Assembly (NCBI RefSeq): GCF_963921235.1
Contig: NC_086097.1
Coordinates: 43,092,001-43,156,000, forward strand
Direction of reading: 5' to 3'
DNA from: Mobula hypostoma
Taxonomy: Eukaryota
Length of the DNA stretch: 64,000 nucleotides
In this document: piece by piece, positions 1 to 13,502 of the stretch
Layout: each line of letters opens with the position of its first letter
Numbering within the stretch: position 1 is the first letter of the stretch
Notes under the pieces: generated by a model
The model's input: only the letters and a program-made list of their open reading frames with translations
Database searches by the model: none
What the model was told of the DNA's origin: nothing
Program-made: the position numbers and the translations under genes

Positions 1-300
1 TCGTAAGATCATTTTCATCCTTGGAATCAACCTAGGTATCTTCTCCAAAATAACTAATGCAACTCCATCCTTTCTTAAATTAGACCAAAACTGCGTGCAG
101 AGCCATATATTATCTCAGTAAAATTCTGCACAGTTTTGACAAGGCTCCTTTACATTTTCACTTCTATCTCTCATAATCAAGACAACATTCCATTTGTTTT
201 TTTTATACTTGCTGTATTTCATTGCCAGTTTTGAATTTAAAGAAAGAAGACATCAAAATCTTTTGAACAGCAGCATTCTTTTGTCCATCTTCACTTAAAC
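1..300 (-). mobile_element. Degraded CR1 LINE RT fragment
   Basis: Antisense CR1 ORF2 C-terminal signature (gaccaaaactgcgtgcag = C-x-Q-F-W-S on the minus strand). Confidence 0.55.
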
Positions 301-334
301 AGTGGCTAGCCTCTGATTTCCTCACGCTACACTT

Positions 335-707
335 AGAGCCACACAGTTAGTGGGGCCTGTGCAGCATTAAAGACCCTCAATTGGGTTCAATCCTGACCTT
401 GGATGCCATCTGTATGCACTTTGCATATTTTCTATAATCACATGCTACAAGCTCCCTCCAGGTTTGGTTTCCTCCCACATCACAAAAGCATGCAGGTTAG
501 ATGGTTAATTTGTCATTGAACAATATCTGAGTGTGTAAGATAATTGGCAAGATCTCGGCGGGATGGGGAGGGGGAAATGGTGGCATTGATAATACAGGGA
601 GAATAATTTAAAAAGGGGTGATTAATGTATATTTACTGTAACTGGGTGGTTGATAATCCGTATTGAGTTGGTAGACTAAAGGACCTGTTCTCTGCTGTAT
701 TTCTGAC
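335..707 (+). mobile_element. V-SINE (HE1-like elasmobranch SINE), degraded
   Basis: B-box-like GGTTCAATCC. V-domain-like TTTGCATATTTTCT...GGTTTCCTCCCACATCACAAAAGCATGCAGGTTAG. CR1-type tail AAAGGACCTGTTCTCTGCTGTA. Confidence 0.7.
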
Positions 708-1255
708 ATCATACTACGTTTTACAAATTTCTGAGCCCTCACTTAATATAGCTCTTTCTCTTAACATCCTTAATGACAGTCTCAGATTTGCTTTGCCAAC
801 TATTATTGCAAAGTTAGCTATACTACATGTGATTCCTTCATCTAGTTGCAATCTGGCAATGTAAAAATTACCTGTTTATCCTGACTCTTTCTTGGCTCTG
901 TGAGCCTCCAGAGGTCAACGTGCAATTGGAAAACCTCTAACCATTTGGTAAGCTTGGGACTTCCGTGTTCACATATGCATCTGCAGAAATCCTGAAATTG
1001 TTGGCACTTGGCCTGGGAACTGCTAGTAGTTTCCTAAAGCCTAAGCTCAGTTGTCTTTTCAGAGACTTGTTAATGCAAGTATTACCATTAAGCCAAACCA
1101 TGACATTAGAAAGTGGAATGTAGCAATCCATCTATTCAGATGTAATACAAGGAAACTTGGAAAAATGTGGAGGCTATCACGATGAAAGTAATTGTTGCCA
1201 AAATTCTTGGAATGTTATTTTGCTATGTCATCTTTTATTGCATTCTTCAATACAG

Positions 1256-1373
1256 GCAGAGGCAACCAATGAAGGGAGACCTTCCTCGTCCAATGTCAGG
1301 AAGCTGTGCAGCTTGTCTAAATGGGATCATGTACATTTTTGGAGGATACGATGATCTTGGATATAGTAATGAA
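1256..1373 (+). CDS. KLHDC1: KLHDC1 coding exon (orthologous to exon 3), 118 bp
   Basis: tacag|G...GAA|gtacgt. Translates QRQPMKGDLPRPMSGSCAACLNGIMYIFGGYDDLGYSNE, matching KLHDC1 ..MEGELPASMSGSCGACINGKLYIFGGYDDKGYSN (recalled human sequence). Confidence 0.95.
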
Positions 1374-1899
1374 GTACGTCTTGTCTAATGCTTTTTCCTT
1401 CTTTGTTGTGTCATCTGCTGTATTTAAGCTTTCAAGCTAGAGAACACTTTTTCAAAATGCTTCATCTCGTCTTCAATAAACACTGTTTAATGCAATATTG
1501 TTCAAAATTCATAGGCTCAATAGGAATGCTAAGTGGATAAGCAGTAAGTGCGTTATACTCCATCTACATTAGTACCAATTTTAAATTTATTTTTTATTTC
1601 ATGTTGCAGTGCTAACCTCTTATAATTTATTTTAATTTCCTCCTGTTATTTTCCTTTTTGCTGCTTCCCACTAGACCTTTCTTTTCCTGAAAATGCTGGT
1701 CTATTTTTCAGAGCTTTATTGGTGCTGGTCCTGAATGACTGTAGATAAATTGCAAAATCAAAATTCTTTCAAGCGCAGATATTCCCCAGGAAAACTGATT
1801 CACCTGTGGCTGATCAGAGAAATTAAAGTTGTGTTAATTCCAAGAAAATAGCTTCTAAATTTGGAGTAATAACAGTAGGGGCAAACCGTTCCACAACAT

Positions 1900-3560
1900 T
1901 TCAAGCAGGCATAAAATTTGGGGACATTTTAGAACTTGACAAAGGAGGATCAAGAATTTGTTAAAGGAAGTTGAGATGGAATATGAGAGTCAGCTGGAAA
2001 TAAACATAAAAACTGAATGTAAGAGCTTGTATACGTATGTAAAAGACAAAAGGCTAGTGAAAGCAAATGTTGGACATCTTACAAACTAAGGCAGGAGAAT
2101 TTATAATAGGGATTAGTGAAATGGCAGGGGGTTTAACTGATTATTTTTTTGAGTGTGTTCATTGTAGAAGACAAAACCTGTCACATATATCAGAGAATTG
2201 AAGTTCCAGAAAGATGGAGGAACTAGTTAACAGTTTAAAAAATGACACTTCAGAATTTGTTGAAGTTGTTGAACTTCATAACAAATAAATGCCAAGGACC
2301 TGATGACTTGCATCCCATAAGTCTGAAAGAAATTACTTCAGAGACGGTGAATTTTCTGGCATTCATCTTTCTAAGTTCTGACTTGTTCCTGTGGTTTATA
2401 GGATATTGCATGTAATCACTTTTTGGAACAACATACTTGAAATTAGTAAAGAAATCTATAAAAATATGTAGTAAATACCTTGGAAAGAATCGAGTTAAGG
2501 TCAGCATGGAATTGTGAAAGCGAGTCATGTTTGACATCTACTGGAATTCTTTGAGGAAGTGCCTCGTAAAATAGGTAAGGAGGAACCAGTGGACGGAGTG
2601 TGTTTGAGTTTTCTTTTTGGAAGTGGCTTGATCAGGTTCCATATAAAAGTATGTTCAATGAGTTTAGAATATGTGGAACTGGTGGTAATACACTGATGAG
2701 GGTTATTGGAAATGAATCATTCTCAGTTTGAGAGTCTTTGACTAGTGGAGTACCACGGGGATTGGTGTTTAGACACAAGCTATTCACAACCATTTGGGTG
2801 AGTGGATAAAATGTTATATTTCCAGAACAAGAAGCTAGAATCTAAAACAATGCAGAACTAATCTAAGTTCTGAACTTGAAACATTGATTTAATCTTTTGT
2901 CTCCCAGATGCTGCTTGGCCAACTGAGTTCTTCCAGTGTCCTGTTTTTTTCTTCGTAATTCCAACTTCGTTGTTGATACTAAATTAGAAGGGATTGTGTG
3001 TACAGAAAACGATATAAGAAACTTTCAAGGGATTTGTGAGCAGGCTAGGTGAGTGGGCAAGATCATGAGCAATAGAATATTAAGTGGGAAAATGTGAAGT
3101 ATTTATCAAGTGGTGAGAGATTGTGCAGTGTTGAAGTTCAAAGAAACCTCTGCTTTTACAAAAATCACTGCAGGTATAGTAAAAGATTAAGATGAAGAAA
3201 TGGGATGATGCTATTATAACAAAAGGATTTCAATATAAGGGTATAGACGTCATTGCAGTTGGATAGGATAGTGATAAAACACAGCTGGAATATTGCATAC
3301 AGTTTTGATCTCTTAAAGTAGGTTGGAAGAAAGGGAGCAGATCACATCAAAATATAAAAATGTTCTTAAATGCCTTAATAGATTGTTTGTAGGTCAGTTG
3401 TTTCACCTGACAAGGGAGTCTACAGCAGGAGCAAAATTTCAGAATAAGGAGTAAGCCATTCAGGACTGAATTCTCTCCCTAAAATGCCTGTGGGGGGACG
3501 GGGTGATCAGTTGTTGTACTTACATAAGGCGGTTCAGTGGATTTTTAAATATTATGAAAA
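1900..3560 (+). mobile_element. Old fragmented CR1 LINE (ORF2), with a small Penelope-type insertion near 2830-2960
   Basis: Remnants resembling PGPDxxHP, QHG, LEFFEE, TSGVPQG and LEYCIQF that parallel the CR1 at 26047-27357. Many stops and indels. Confidence 0.7.
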
Positions 3561-3939
3561 TCAAACTAGAGAATGAACTCTAATTTCACGAATAGTAGAT
3601 TAGCATGAAGATCCACCATTTGTTACTCCTGCTTGTATCTCCGTAACAAAGTTCAGCAGTCCTATTTGAATAAATACCACCTTGAGCTGACTGGCCAGAC
3701 AGAGGCAAAATGTATCCAACTGTTCAGCCCAGCACAATTGAGAACTGCTCCTACATCCAGTGCTGACATCTGACCATCTCTTGTTTAGTTCTTCTATGCT
3801 GGAATACATAAAAATAGCCTTTTCATCTGGTTCCCTTCTGATATCTGTCATGAAAGTGTAATAGTGAGTCAGACAGGTTGCATCAAATATGCGAAGTGCC
3901 AAAGTTATATTGTGCTGCTACAGTAAATAATGATATTGT

Positions 3940-4090
3940 TAGCAAAAACACAAAATGCCAAGATGAAACTTCTCGGCCCAAAATGCTGACTTTTTATTCC
4001 CCTCTATAGATGCTATCTGAATTGCTGAGTTCTTCCTGAATTTTCTGTGTTACTCAAGATTTCTAGCATTTGCAGAATCTCTTGTGTTTA
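3940..4090 (+). mobile_element. Penelope-like terminal repeat fragment (decayed hammerhead)
   Basis: TCTCGGCCCAAAATGCTGACT...ATAGATGCTATCTGAATTGCTGAGTTCTTCC...TGCAGAATCTCTTGTGTTT, homologous to the copies at 18228-18359 and 52213-52350. Confidence 0.7.
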
Positions 4091-4339
4091 TGATTTCCTT
4101 TGGGGGGGAAAAATTCTATTTAGTATAATTGCATTTCCAAAGGTTAGAGGTTTATTATTTTCCTAGTCAATTTTCAGAACGGTGGCATCAGTTACCAGAT
4201 TTGTATCTCTCATCCACTATATTCCAACTAAAGGAGTAGGAAATGGATCTTTTCCAACATTTCCCAGCTTAGTGGGAACCAACAGTAATGTTATTGTTTT
4301 TGCATAAAACTGAAATATAAGATAAAAATACTTCAAAAT

Positions 4340-4830
4340 TAAAAGTTAATTTATTACCAAATGCAAATGTCGCCATATACAACCCTGAGATTAGTTCTCT
4401 TGTGGGTATACACAGTAAGTCCAAGAAACGTAATAGAATCGATGAAAGAACATACCCAACAGGATGGACAAACGACCAATTTGCAAAAGACAACAAATTG
4501 TGCAAACACAGAAGAAGTAGTAAATATCAAGAACATGAGTTGAAGAGTCCTTGAAAATGAGTCTATAGGTTGTGGGAACAGTTCGGAGATGGGGTGAGTG
4601 AAGTTGAGTAAAGTTAACCCCACTGATTCAAGAGCCTGGGGTTTCAGGGGTAATAATTGTGCCTGAACCTGGTGGTGTGGGTCCTGAGGCTCCTGTAGCA
4701 CCTTCCCAATGACAGCAATGAGAAGAGAGCACTGCCTGGTGGTGGAAGTCCATGATGATAGATGCTGCTTTGCTGCAACAGCACTCCTTATAGATGTGCT
4801 GAATAGTGGAGAGACTTAACTGTGATAGAC
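4340..4830 (-). mobile_element. Rex1/Babar LINE 3' fragment
   Basis: CCTGAACCTGGTGGTGTGGGTCCTGAGGCTCCTGTA...AATGAGAAGAGAGC, the reverse complement of the Rex1 C-terminal LFSLLPSGRRYRSL motif region. Confidence 0.7.
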
Positions 4831-5050
4831 AGCTTAGGTGATATCGGTGGAGAGAGTAATAGTGTTAACATTTCAGGTCAATGATGTTCAACTGAAAAAG
4901 TTGTGCTATGGATATTGCAGAAAGAAAATTATTAATTGTAGTTCCTGTGGATGATTTTCAAAATTACTTGTGAACCAATTAATAAATTATGACTTTCCAT
5001 GTGGGTTGACATTAGAACAAAATTGATGCATTGTTTTATGTTTTATACAG

Positions 5051-5169
5051 CTCTATTGTGTTAATTTAGAAGTACACAATGATGTGTTTACTTGGAAGAA
5101 GATCTGTAATTTCCAAGGAAATCCTCCTACTCCAAGAGATAAACTTTCTTGCTGGGTATATAAAGACAA
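5051..5169 (+). CDS. KLHDC1: KLHDC1 coding exon 4, 119 bp
   Basis: tacag|CTC...GACAA|gtaagt. LYCVNLEVHNDVFTWKKICNFQGNPPTPRDKLSCWVYKD contains the KLHDC1 PPTPRDKLSCWVYKD motif. Phase is continuous with the neighbouring exons. Confidence 0.95.
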
Positions 5170-5279
5170 GTAAGTTGCTAAACCTTAAACATTGATATAA
5201 TTGATGTTCTAGTTATTCTTTTAAATTACCTCATGGTTATAAGTATTATGTAGTGAATAGATACATATTGATGCTCACA

Positions 5280-8170
5280 GAATCAACATCAGGTTTAATC
5301 TCACTGGCAATTTTTCATGAAATTTGTTGATTGCAGCAGCAGTACATCGCAGTACTTCAGCCAGATGGTGATAAACACATGGAGTTCATTGTTATAGGAG
5401 GCTAGGTTATTGGGTTTACTTAAGGCAGAGATTGATGGGTTCTTGATTAGTTAGGGTGTTATAGGTTGTGGGGAGAAGGCAGAAGGATGTATTGAGAGAG
5501 AACTGGATCAGCCATGATGAAATGGAAGAGTCGACTTGATGGGCTGCATGGCCTAATTCTGCTCCGATGTCATAATAATAACTTATAAATTACCATAATT
5601 ATGTATATGAATTAAATTAAACGAAGTAGTGCAAAAAAACATTTTAAAAAAGTGAGGTAGTGTTCATGGGTTCATTGTCCATTCAGAAATCAACTAGCAG
5701 AAGCTGTTACTGAAAAGTTGAGTGTGTCTCTTCGTGCTCCTGTACCACCTCTTGATGGCAGCAATGAGAAGAGGGTACATCCTGGGTGGTGGGAGTCCTT
5801 AATGATGGATTCCGCCTTCCTGAGGCAATGCCTTTTGAAGGTGTCCTGGATGCTGGGGACACTAGTGCCTGTGATGGAGTTGGCTGAGTTGCAACTTTCT
5901 GCAGCTTTTTCTATTCCTTTGCAGTGGCCTCTCCATAGCAGACAGAGTTGCAACCAGAATACTCCCCACAGTACATTTGTAGAAATTTGTGAGAATCTTT
6001 GGTGATATAACAAGTCTCCTCAAACTCCTAACTGTTATGCCTTTTTTGTAATTGCATCAATATGTTAGGCCCAGGATAGATCTTCAGAGATGTTGACACC
6101 TGGGAACTTGAAACTGCTCCCCCTTTCCAATGCTGATCCCTTGATGAGGACTGGTGTGTGTTCCCTTGTCTTACCTTCCTGAAGTCCACAATCAATTCCT
6201 TAGTCTTACTGACATTGAGTTCAAGGTTATTGAACTCATCCACTCAGCCAGCTGATCTGTCTCACTCTTGTATGACTCCTCGTTACCAGCTGAAATACTG
6301 CCAACAACAGTCATCATTGTCAAATTTATAGATGGCATTTGAGCTCTGTCTAGTATTGATGCAAGTAGAGTAGAGCTGTGGACTAACCACGTGTCCTTGA
6401 GGTGTGCCAGCATTGATTGTCAGCAAGGAGGAATGTTATTACTGATCTGCACTGACTGTAGTCTCCCAGTGAGGAAGACACTGATCCAGTGGCAGAGGGA
6501 GGTACAGGGGATCAGGTTTTGGAGCTAGTTGGTTAGACCCAAGGGTATGATTTTGTTGAATGCAACTGTAATCAATAAACAGCAAGCTGATATAGGTATT
6601 GCTATTGTCCAGGTGATCCAAGGCAAGTGGAGAGCCAGTAAGATTCCATATGCTAAAGTCCTATTGTGGCAATGGGCAAATTGCAGCAGGTCCAGGTTCT
6701 TACTTGGGCAGGAGTTGATTCTGGTCCTGACCAACCTCTCAAAGCACTTCATCCCGGTAGATATGAGTGCACTAGGTGATAGTTGTTGAGGCTTCTCACT
6801 CTGCTTTTCTTGAACACTGGTATGATTGCCACCCTTTTTGAAGCAGTTAGGAACTTCTAACTGCAGCAGTGAGAGATTTGAAGATGTCGTTGAATTCTCC
6901 TGCCAGCTGTCTGGCACAGGTTTTTGTTGCCCTACCAGCTATACCATCAGGGCCTAACACCTTGCGAGAGCTTACCCTCTTGAAAGATGTTCTGATGTCA
7001 GCTTCCAAGACAAAGATTACAAGGTCAGGGATTCGCACGGATGTAGTTCTATTCTCCCTTTCAAGTTGTGCATAGATGGTATAGAGCTCATAACACCAAT
7101 CGTGATGTCAGGTTTCACTTTGCAGGAAGTAATGGCTCGCAAACCTTGTCAGAGCTGACGTGCATCTGATTCCATCTCTAACTTCAATCAATTTTTTAAA
7201 TTTTGCTTTGAAAATAGTCTTTAATATATCGTACCTGGACTTGTATAGTTGTGGATCACTGGTCGAGAATGTCACAAATCTAGCCCTCAGCAGACTACAC
7301 ATCTAGTTCATCCACGGCTTTTGGTTTGGGTTTGTCTGGTATGTTCTTTAAGGCACACAGGTCTTGATGAAGTTGATGACAACTGTGGCATATTCATTAT
7401 GATTTGAAGATAAGGGAACGTCGACTCAGACCATGAGAGGCTTGCGTTGGGCATTTTCATGCCTTACAAGGCGCAGATTAGAAGATAAATATCTGGATAT
7501 TGTCCAGTCCAGCAAGTCAAAGCAGTCCTGTAAGCACGTCTCCATCTCCCTTGACTTCTTGATCACTGGTGCTGTGTTCTTTATTCTCTGCCTATACTCT
7601 GGGAGTAGAAGTACAGCCAGGTGAGTGGGCTTTCCAAAGTGTGAACATGGGACGATACAGTAAACATTCTTGATGGTTCTATAACAGTAGATAAGTGTAT
7701 TAGCTCTGGAGCCACAGGTGATCTGTTAGTGGTAGTTGTTCAGAGACTAATTCAAACTGGCCTGGTTGAAATCTCCTGTAACAATAGGGAAGGCATATGG
7801 GTGTGTTGTTTCCTGACTGCTGATCATGGAGCTCAGCTCCTCTGTGCCTTCTTGATATTAGCTTGAGGTAGAATGTACCCCGCAGGATGGTGTCAGAAAA
7901 CTCCCTTGGCAGATAAAATGGACGTCATTTGATTGCTATACGTTTCAGGTTGGCTGAGCAGGATTGAGACAGAATTGCCACGTCTGTGTACCATGAGTAG
8001 TTAATCATAAAGCATACTCCACCTCCTGTCCATTTAAATGACTCAGTTGTCCTGTATTTACTGAGAATGGTTAAGTTGTTAGGCTGCAGTGCAGTGTCCA
8101 AAATGATAGGTTTTAGCCATGTTTCCATGAAGTACATAGCAGTATTTGGTGTGTACTTGTTATATGACAT
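5280..8170 (-). mobile_element. Rex1/Babar LINE, long degraded copy (APE + RT), with a CR1 3' fragment inserted at ~5375-5570
   Basis: Minus-strand ORF pieces ETWL..GGGVCFMIN, GPDGIAGR, MKCFERLV, LLFIDYS/AFNKIIP, LNVSKTKELIVDFRK, HPG..LFSLLPS. Confidence 0.88.
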
Positions 8171-9759
8171 CATGGGGGTGGGGGAAGATGGGACGTGTTA
8201 ATGTCTTGTTCGAGAAGCAATGTGGAGTAGTTGATAACATAATCCCATGGCTACATTGAAAGTTTAGTTTAGCTTATGTGTTTGTATAGGCAATCCCCTG
8301 TATTGCAATTGTTTGGTATTGGAAATTCACCCTCAGAAAATTCACAATTTGCAACTCAAAATTTTGAGATTTTGAATAAAATTTGCTATCATGGCATTTA
8401 TGTGAGGGTATGGGGTGGGGGTGGGTGGGTGTGGAATAGAAGTATATAAATGTTTTAATCCATATAATCCACTGTTCATGTTTTTATAATGGGGGAAGGA
8501 TTTAGTGCAATGAGAACTGGGTAACAAAAGGAAAAATATATGATCATGAGCATATTTTCTGAATATGGATACAGATTTATAATCTGAGCACAGTTGATTT
8601 ATCCTGATTCATGGGATCAGTCTAGAACAAAGTCTATAATGAAGGATTCTTTTATTTGAAAGTGAAATATGATGAATATTTTGCTCAGTACTGAGTCTTA
8701 TGAAAGTAGCCAAACATTTCTTGTACATTTTCAGGACTAAGCAATTTAGCTTTTGTTAGGATTTCATCTGATTATTTTCAATTTTAAAGATTGTCCTTTT
8801 TCATAATTTGTTTAAAATCCTTAACCTCCGAATGTTTACATGAATGACCCAAAGGCACAGACTTGCTTGGGATTTGCTTCCAAATCTTAAAAGTATTTTT
8901 CCAAATTAGTGATAGCAAAAACTACAAATATGTTTGATTGTGAGGCTTATTGTACACAGGACTAATTCTAAATTCATCACATAAATCCAGGTAATATGGC
9001 GGTATTCCCAGACACATTGGCCTCTATATGGACAAAAGGTGTTTGCTTTTTTAAATGTCTATTTTATGATCACCAAGCTCTACCGGACATTAAGAACTTA
9101 AGTACTGCAGGTCTACCTCACCCTGGCTCATTTAGTAGAGGAACTGGACTTGGTATGAATCATGTTGCAATCTGTTACAGAGAGCCATTGGGGCTGGTAC
9201 ACAAAGCTAGTGTGTAGTCCAACAGTGAGTGACTATCTTAAACATTTTTCTTGTGATCGCAAGACCTTATTGGACATTGATAATGTGGAATACTCCAAGT
9301 CCAGTTCACTGGTTTATTGGTGGGACTGACAGTGGGGGAGCCACATGGCCTTAGTTGTGGCACTGAGTAGGCCTCATGATGCAGGTTTGTCTTTCGCAGT
9401 CGCCTAGGAGAGATGATGTGGCGCAGTATCCATGCTGGTGTCAGTGCTGCTCTCCAGTGTTCGCTCAGTGGAAGACGAGCTGAATTCCGTTAATATGCAG
9501 ACTGCTGCAAACTTTTTCTTGCCAACATCCATGGACTGAGGGACTTGCGCTATATTACATATTATTGTGTGGTTGTATGTTTACTATCTTAAACATGCTA
9601 TATATGCCTTGTGCTGTGTATGGCTGCTGGGACTGTAATTTGCATCTCTGCACCCGGAGGAATGCTATTTTGTTTGGTGGTATTCATGTATGGTTGAATG
9701 TCAGTTGAGCTTAAACTTGATCTTGCAGCAGCCTCAGATAGTCAAGCAGCTTGAAAATG

Positions 9760-10990
9760 GCCCTATGCCTGACTTGTCGAAGCTGTTGAGATGCTTATAT
9801 GTGCTTAAGCCATTTTCCTGTATTTGGCCCATATCCCTATGTTCCTTTCTTGTCATGTACCTGTCCAATGATTGTTAAATGCTGTGATTGTATCTGCCTC
9901 TACCATGTGCTCCAGCAGCTCATTCCATGTACCCAACATCTTCTGTGTGCAAAAGATTATTCTTTGACTCTCCTTTAAATATTTCCCTCTCACTTTGAGC
10001 CTATTTACTTTGGTTTTAGACTCCACAACCCTTGGAAAAAGATTGTGACTCTCTACCCTATCTATGTCCCTCATAATTTTATAAACATCTATAAAGTCAT
10101 TTCTTAGCTTCCTGCACTCCAGTGAGAACAATCCCAGACTATTCAATCCGTTGTTGCCAAAACTCTCTATTCTAGGTATCTTGGTGAATCTTTTCTGCAT
10201 ACTTCAGTGTTTTAATATCCTATTTGTATTGTGACTAGAACTGTGTACGCTATTCCAAGTTTAGCCTAACAGTTGTCTTCTACAGTTGCAGCATATAACC
10301 GTATAACAATTACAGCACGGAAACAGGCCATCTCGGCCCTTCTTGTTCATGCCGACCTCTTACTCTCACCTAGTCCCACTGATCTGCACTCAGCCCATAA
10401 CCCTCCATTCCTTTCCTGTCCATATATCTATTCAATTTAAATGACAACATCAAACATGCCTCAACCACTTCTGCTGGAAGCTCGTTCCACACTGCTACCA
10501 CTCTCTGAGTAAAGAAGTTCCCCCTCATGTTACCCCTAAACTTTTGCCCTTTAACTCTCAACTCATGTCCTCTTGTTTGAATCTCCCCCCACTCTCAACA
10601 GAAAAAGCCTATCCACATCAATTCTATCTATCCCCCTCATAATTTTAAATACCTTTATCAAATCCCCCCTCAACCTTCTACGCTCCAAAGAATAAATTTC
10701 TAACTTGTTCAACCTTTCTCCGTAACTTAGGAGATGAAACCCAGGCAACATTTTAGTAAAGCTCCTCTCAATTTTATTGACATCATTCTTATAATTCGGT
10801 GACCAGAACTGTACACAATACTCCAAATTTGGCCTTACCAATGCCTTATACAAATTCAGCATTACATGATGGCACAGACAGGGGTACTCTTACACTCAGT
10901 ACCTCTGACTGTGAGCAGTGACTTCTTCGGTACGCTACCCACCTGTGACACTATATTCAGGAAGCTATGAACTTGCATTGTAAGGTCTCT
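9760..10990 (-). mobile_element. Nested CR1 3' fragments (younger copy ~10295-10865 inside an older copy)
   Basis: Minus ORFs LYKALVRPNLEYCVQFWSP...LERRRLRGDLI and FFTQRVVAVWNELP. A second set LGLFSLE..WNELL lies at 9853-10200. Confidence 0.88.
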
Positions 10991-11638
10991 CTGGGCATGC
11001 TGTTTTGGTGCTGGAATGTGTGGCGACTCTTGTGGGCTGCTGCCAGAACATCCGTGGGTTGTGTTGGTTGTTAATGCATTAATAATTGCATTGTGGGGTG
11101 TTTTCTAGGAATGTACTCAACCTCCACCCCAATGCACAGTACACAATTTCACCTGTAATCAAGTGTTTGGGGTAGGATATTGACCCATTGACCTCTGATT
11201 CAGAGCCAAGTTTGCTAACAATGAATTGACTGTTGTACATACTATTTATTTAAAATAACTATAAATTGCACATTGCACATTTAGACAGAGATGTAATGTA
11301 AAGATTTTTACAACTCATGTATACGAAGGATGTAAGTAATAAAGTCAATTCATTCATTCACTAAATGATATCGAGATTTGTGTTGTAACTGACCTTTTTA
11401 ATTTTCTGAATGAGTCTTGTACCTTTTCATTCCAGTTAAAATGAGCTATGCATATGTTAGAAAATTAATTTTAGTTTGGCCTTTGAATATTTTGCCATTA
11501 ATTGAGAATGTGTAGGAATTTTTTTCTTGTTTATTATTAATGAGTTAAATGGAGCTTACTAAGATGTGTCAATCAAGTATTAAATCAATATGGGTAATTT
11601 TTTTCTTGTTTTTTTAAATATAATAAATACTTTGACAG

Positions 11639-11717
11639 GTTGATTTACTTTGGAGGCTATGGGTGCAAGAAAATAACTGAACTAAACGATTCATTCGATG
11701 TGAATGAAGCATCCTGG
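11639..11717 (+). CDS. KLHDC1: KLHDC1 coding exon 5, 79 bp
   Basis: gacag|G...TGG|gtaaga. LIYFGGYGCKKITELNDSFDVNEASW. Confidence 0.95.
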
Positions 11718-12396
11718 GTAAGAGCTTGAAATTTCAATAATGGTTTATCTATTTGGTAATCCTCTTGCATTTCTTGAGAATTGTTATAAACCATTGTTAT
11801 TCAGTGTAAATTTCTGACTTGCAGCAAAATTTTTTAGTTAATTTGTTGTAGAAAATGCTTAGGATACAAAATAAATGTTATAGGTCAGAACTAAAATGAG
11901 ATTTATTATCACTGATATATGACATGAAATTGCAAATGCTAGAAATTTGAAATGGTTGAAAATACTCAGCTGGTCAGACAGCATTTGTTAATTTTTCAGG
12001 TCATCGTCAGTTATATTTTGACCATTTAGTTTAGCCGTAGTTCAGAGTGGATTAGAGTTGAACTGGAGTTTATTTATCATTGTTCTGCATGTTCACATTA
12101 TGTATTGTTTTTGTCAGTATTCCCTACTATTCTAATGAAAAGTCAAAGACCAGAATCATTATCTCAGTGTGATGCTACTTAACCTGATGCTACTTATTTC
12201 CAGTATTTTCTGTTTTTATATCTATTGACTGAAGCTAGTGGAATTGAAAAAAGATGATTGACCAGGCTAGGAAATTAGCTGAGTAGGAGGGAGCAGTAGA
12301 AGCAATAAAAGGTATTTAGATTGACAGAATGTACACGTGGTCTCCCACAAGCAGCCTTGTTGGAAAGTTATCAGTTCAGCCCAGTATTCAGTGTAG

Positions 12397-12987
12397 GTTC
12401 CTAAGGTTGTCATAGCCAGGGATGGTAGTGGGGATACACTCCCACTACCTATAAAGTGTTCTAAATGGTGTGCGTCTCTAACAGCCTCTGATAACCAAGT
12501 CCAACTCTCGGCCTTCAGGTGTGGCTTAGCTACTAGGCCTGGCGGAACTTTTTCTACTGACAAGAGAAGGGGCAAAGGCGGACCACTGGCGCCTCAAAAC
12601 CAGTTGTTTTGGGAAGGTAGGGCTCGTCAGCCCACTTAGGAGGAGGAAAACTCTGATTTTAAACCTCTGCTGCCTTGCGGCCATACCCACCCATGGGAAA
12701 GCCTTCGGGAGTAAACTCCAAGGAAGAAATCCAGAGCCGGGGTCCTTAAGGCAGTTTGATGTTGTTTATAACTTCACTCTGCCAACCTCTGCTACGACAC
12801 TGGTGCCAAGCTGTATTGGCGCTTGCTCTTCCCTTGGACTACATCAGTGATGTTGAGAGGGGATCCCGCAGCATGGGCAACAGCCAGTTCTTCAAATTTT
12901 CCCGCCCAGGCTTGCGCCCTGGAGAGGACACAGTCCACCAGAGGTGCAAACCCATGATCCCCAGGATTGATGGCTGCCTACTACTAC
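12397..12987 (+). mobile_element. Non-autonomous non-LTR retroelement (RTE-related) with (TAC)n tail and TSD
   Basis: Flanked by the direct repeat TTCAGTGTAG (12387-12396 and 12990-12999). Ends GCCTACTACTACT. The internal GGAGGAGGAAAACTCTGATTTTAAACC motif resembles RTE 5' UTRs. No RT ORF. Confidence 0.7.
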
Positions 12988-13418
12988 TGTTCAGTGTAGA
13001 AGCAAACCAGTGCTTCATTCATCTGCTTTCTGGAAGATGGAAGTCCACCTGCAATATCACAATAGTGACCTAAGATTACAAGAGCAGAGTTAATTGAAAA
13101 CGGCATTATAGATAGACAGGTAGGGTTTGGACTTGGAGGGATATGAGCTGAATAGACGAAATTGTGACTATCTGAGAGTGGACTCTTTGGACCATAAGCC
13201 TGTGACTATATTGCTCTATGTATATATAGTATATAATACACTTGCAGTTCTTAATGTCTTGTCATATTTTTGCATGACTTGTCTTGATAATCAAAACTGA
13301 TAAGCAAAACTGTCTTGATAATCTTGATAACAGTGTTGAACCCAATAGAATTACTACCAGACTTACATTTTTTAAACATCCTTAAAATTAATCTTTGTAA
13401 CATTTATTTCTTTTCAAG

Positions 13419-13502
13419 GAAGAAGAGATGTTCTGGGGTTGGAATTATGACATCCATGTCTTTGAACCCAGTATGAATATCTGGTACCAGCCAACAATTA
13501 AG
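13419..13502 (+). CDS. KLHDC1: KLHDC1 coding exon 6, 84 bp
   Basis: ttcaag|GAA...AAG|gtattt. EEEMFWGWNYDIHVFEPSMNIWYQPTIK. Confidence 0.94.
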
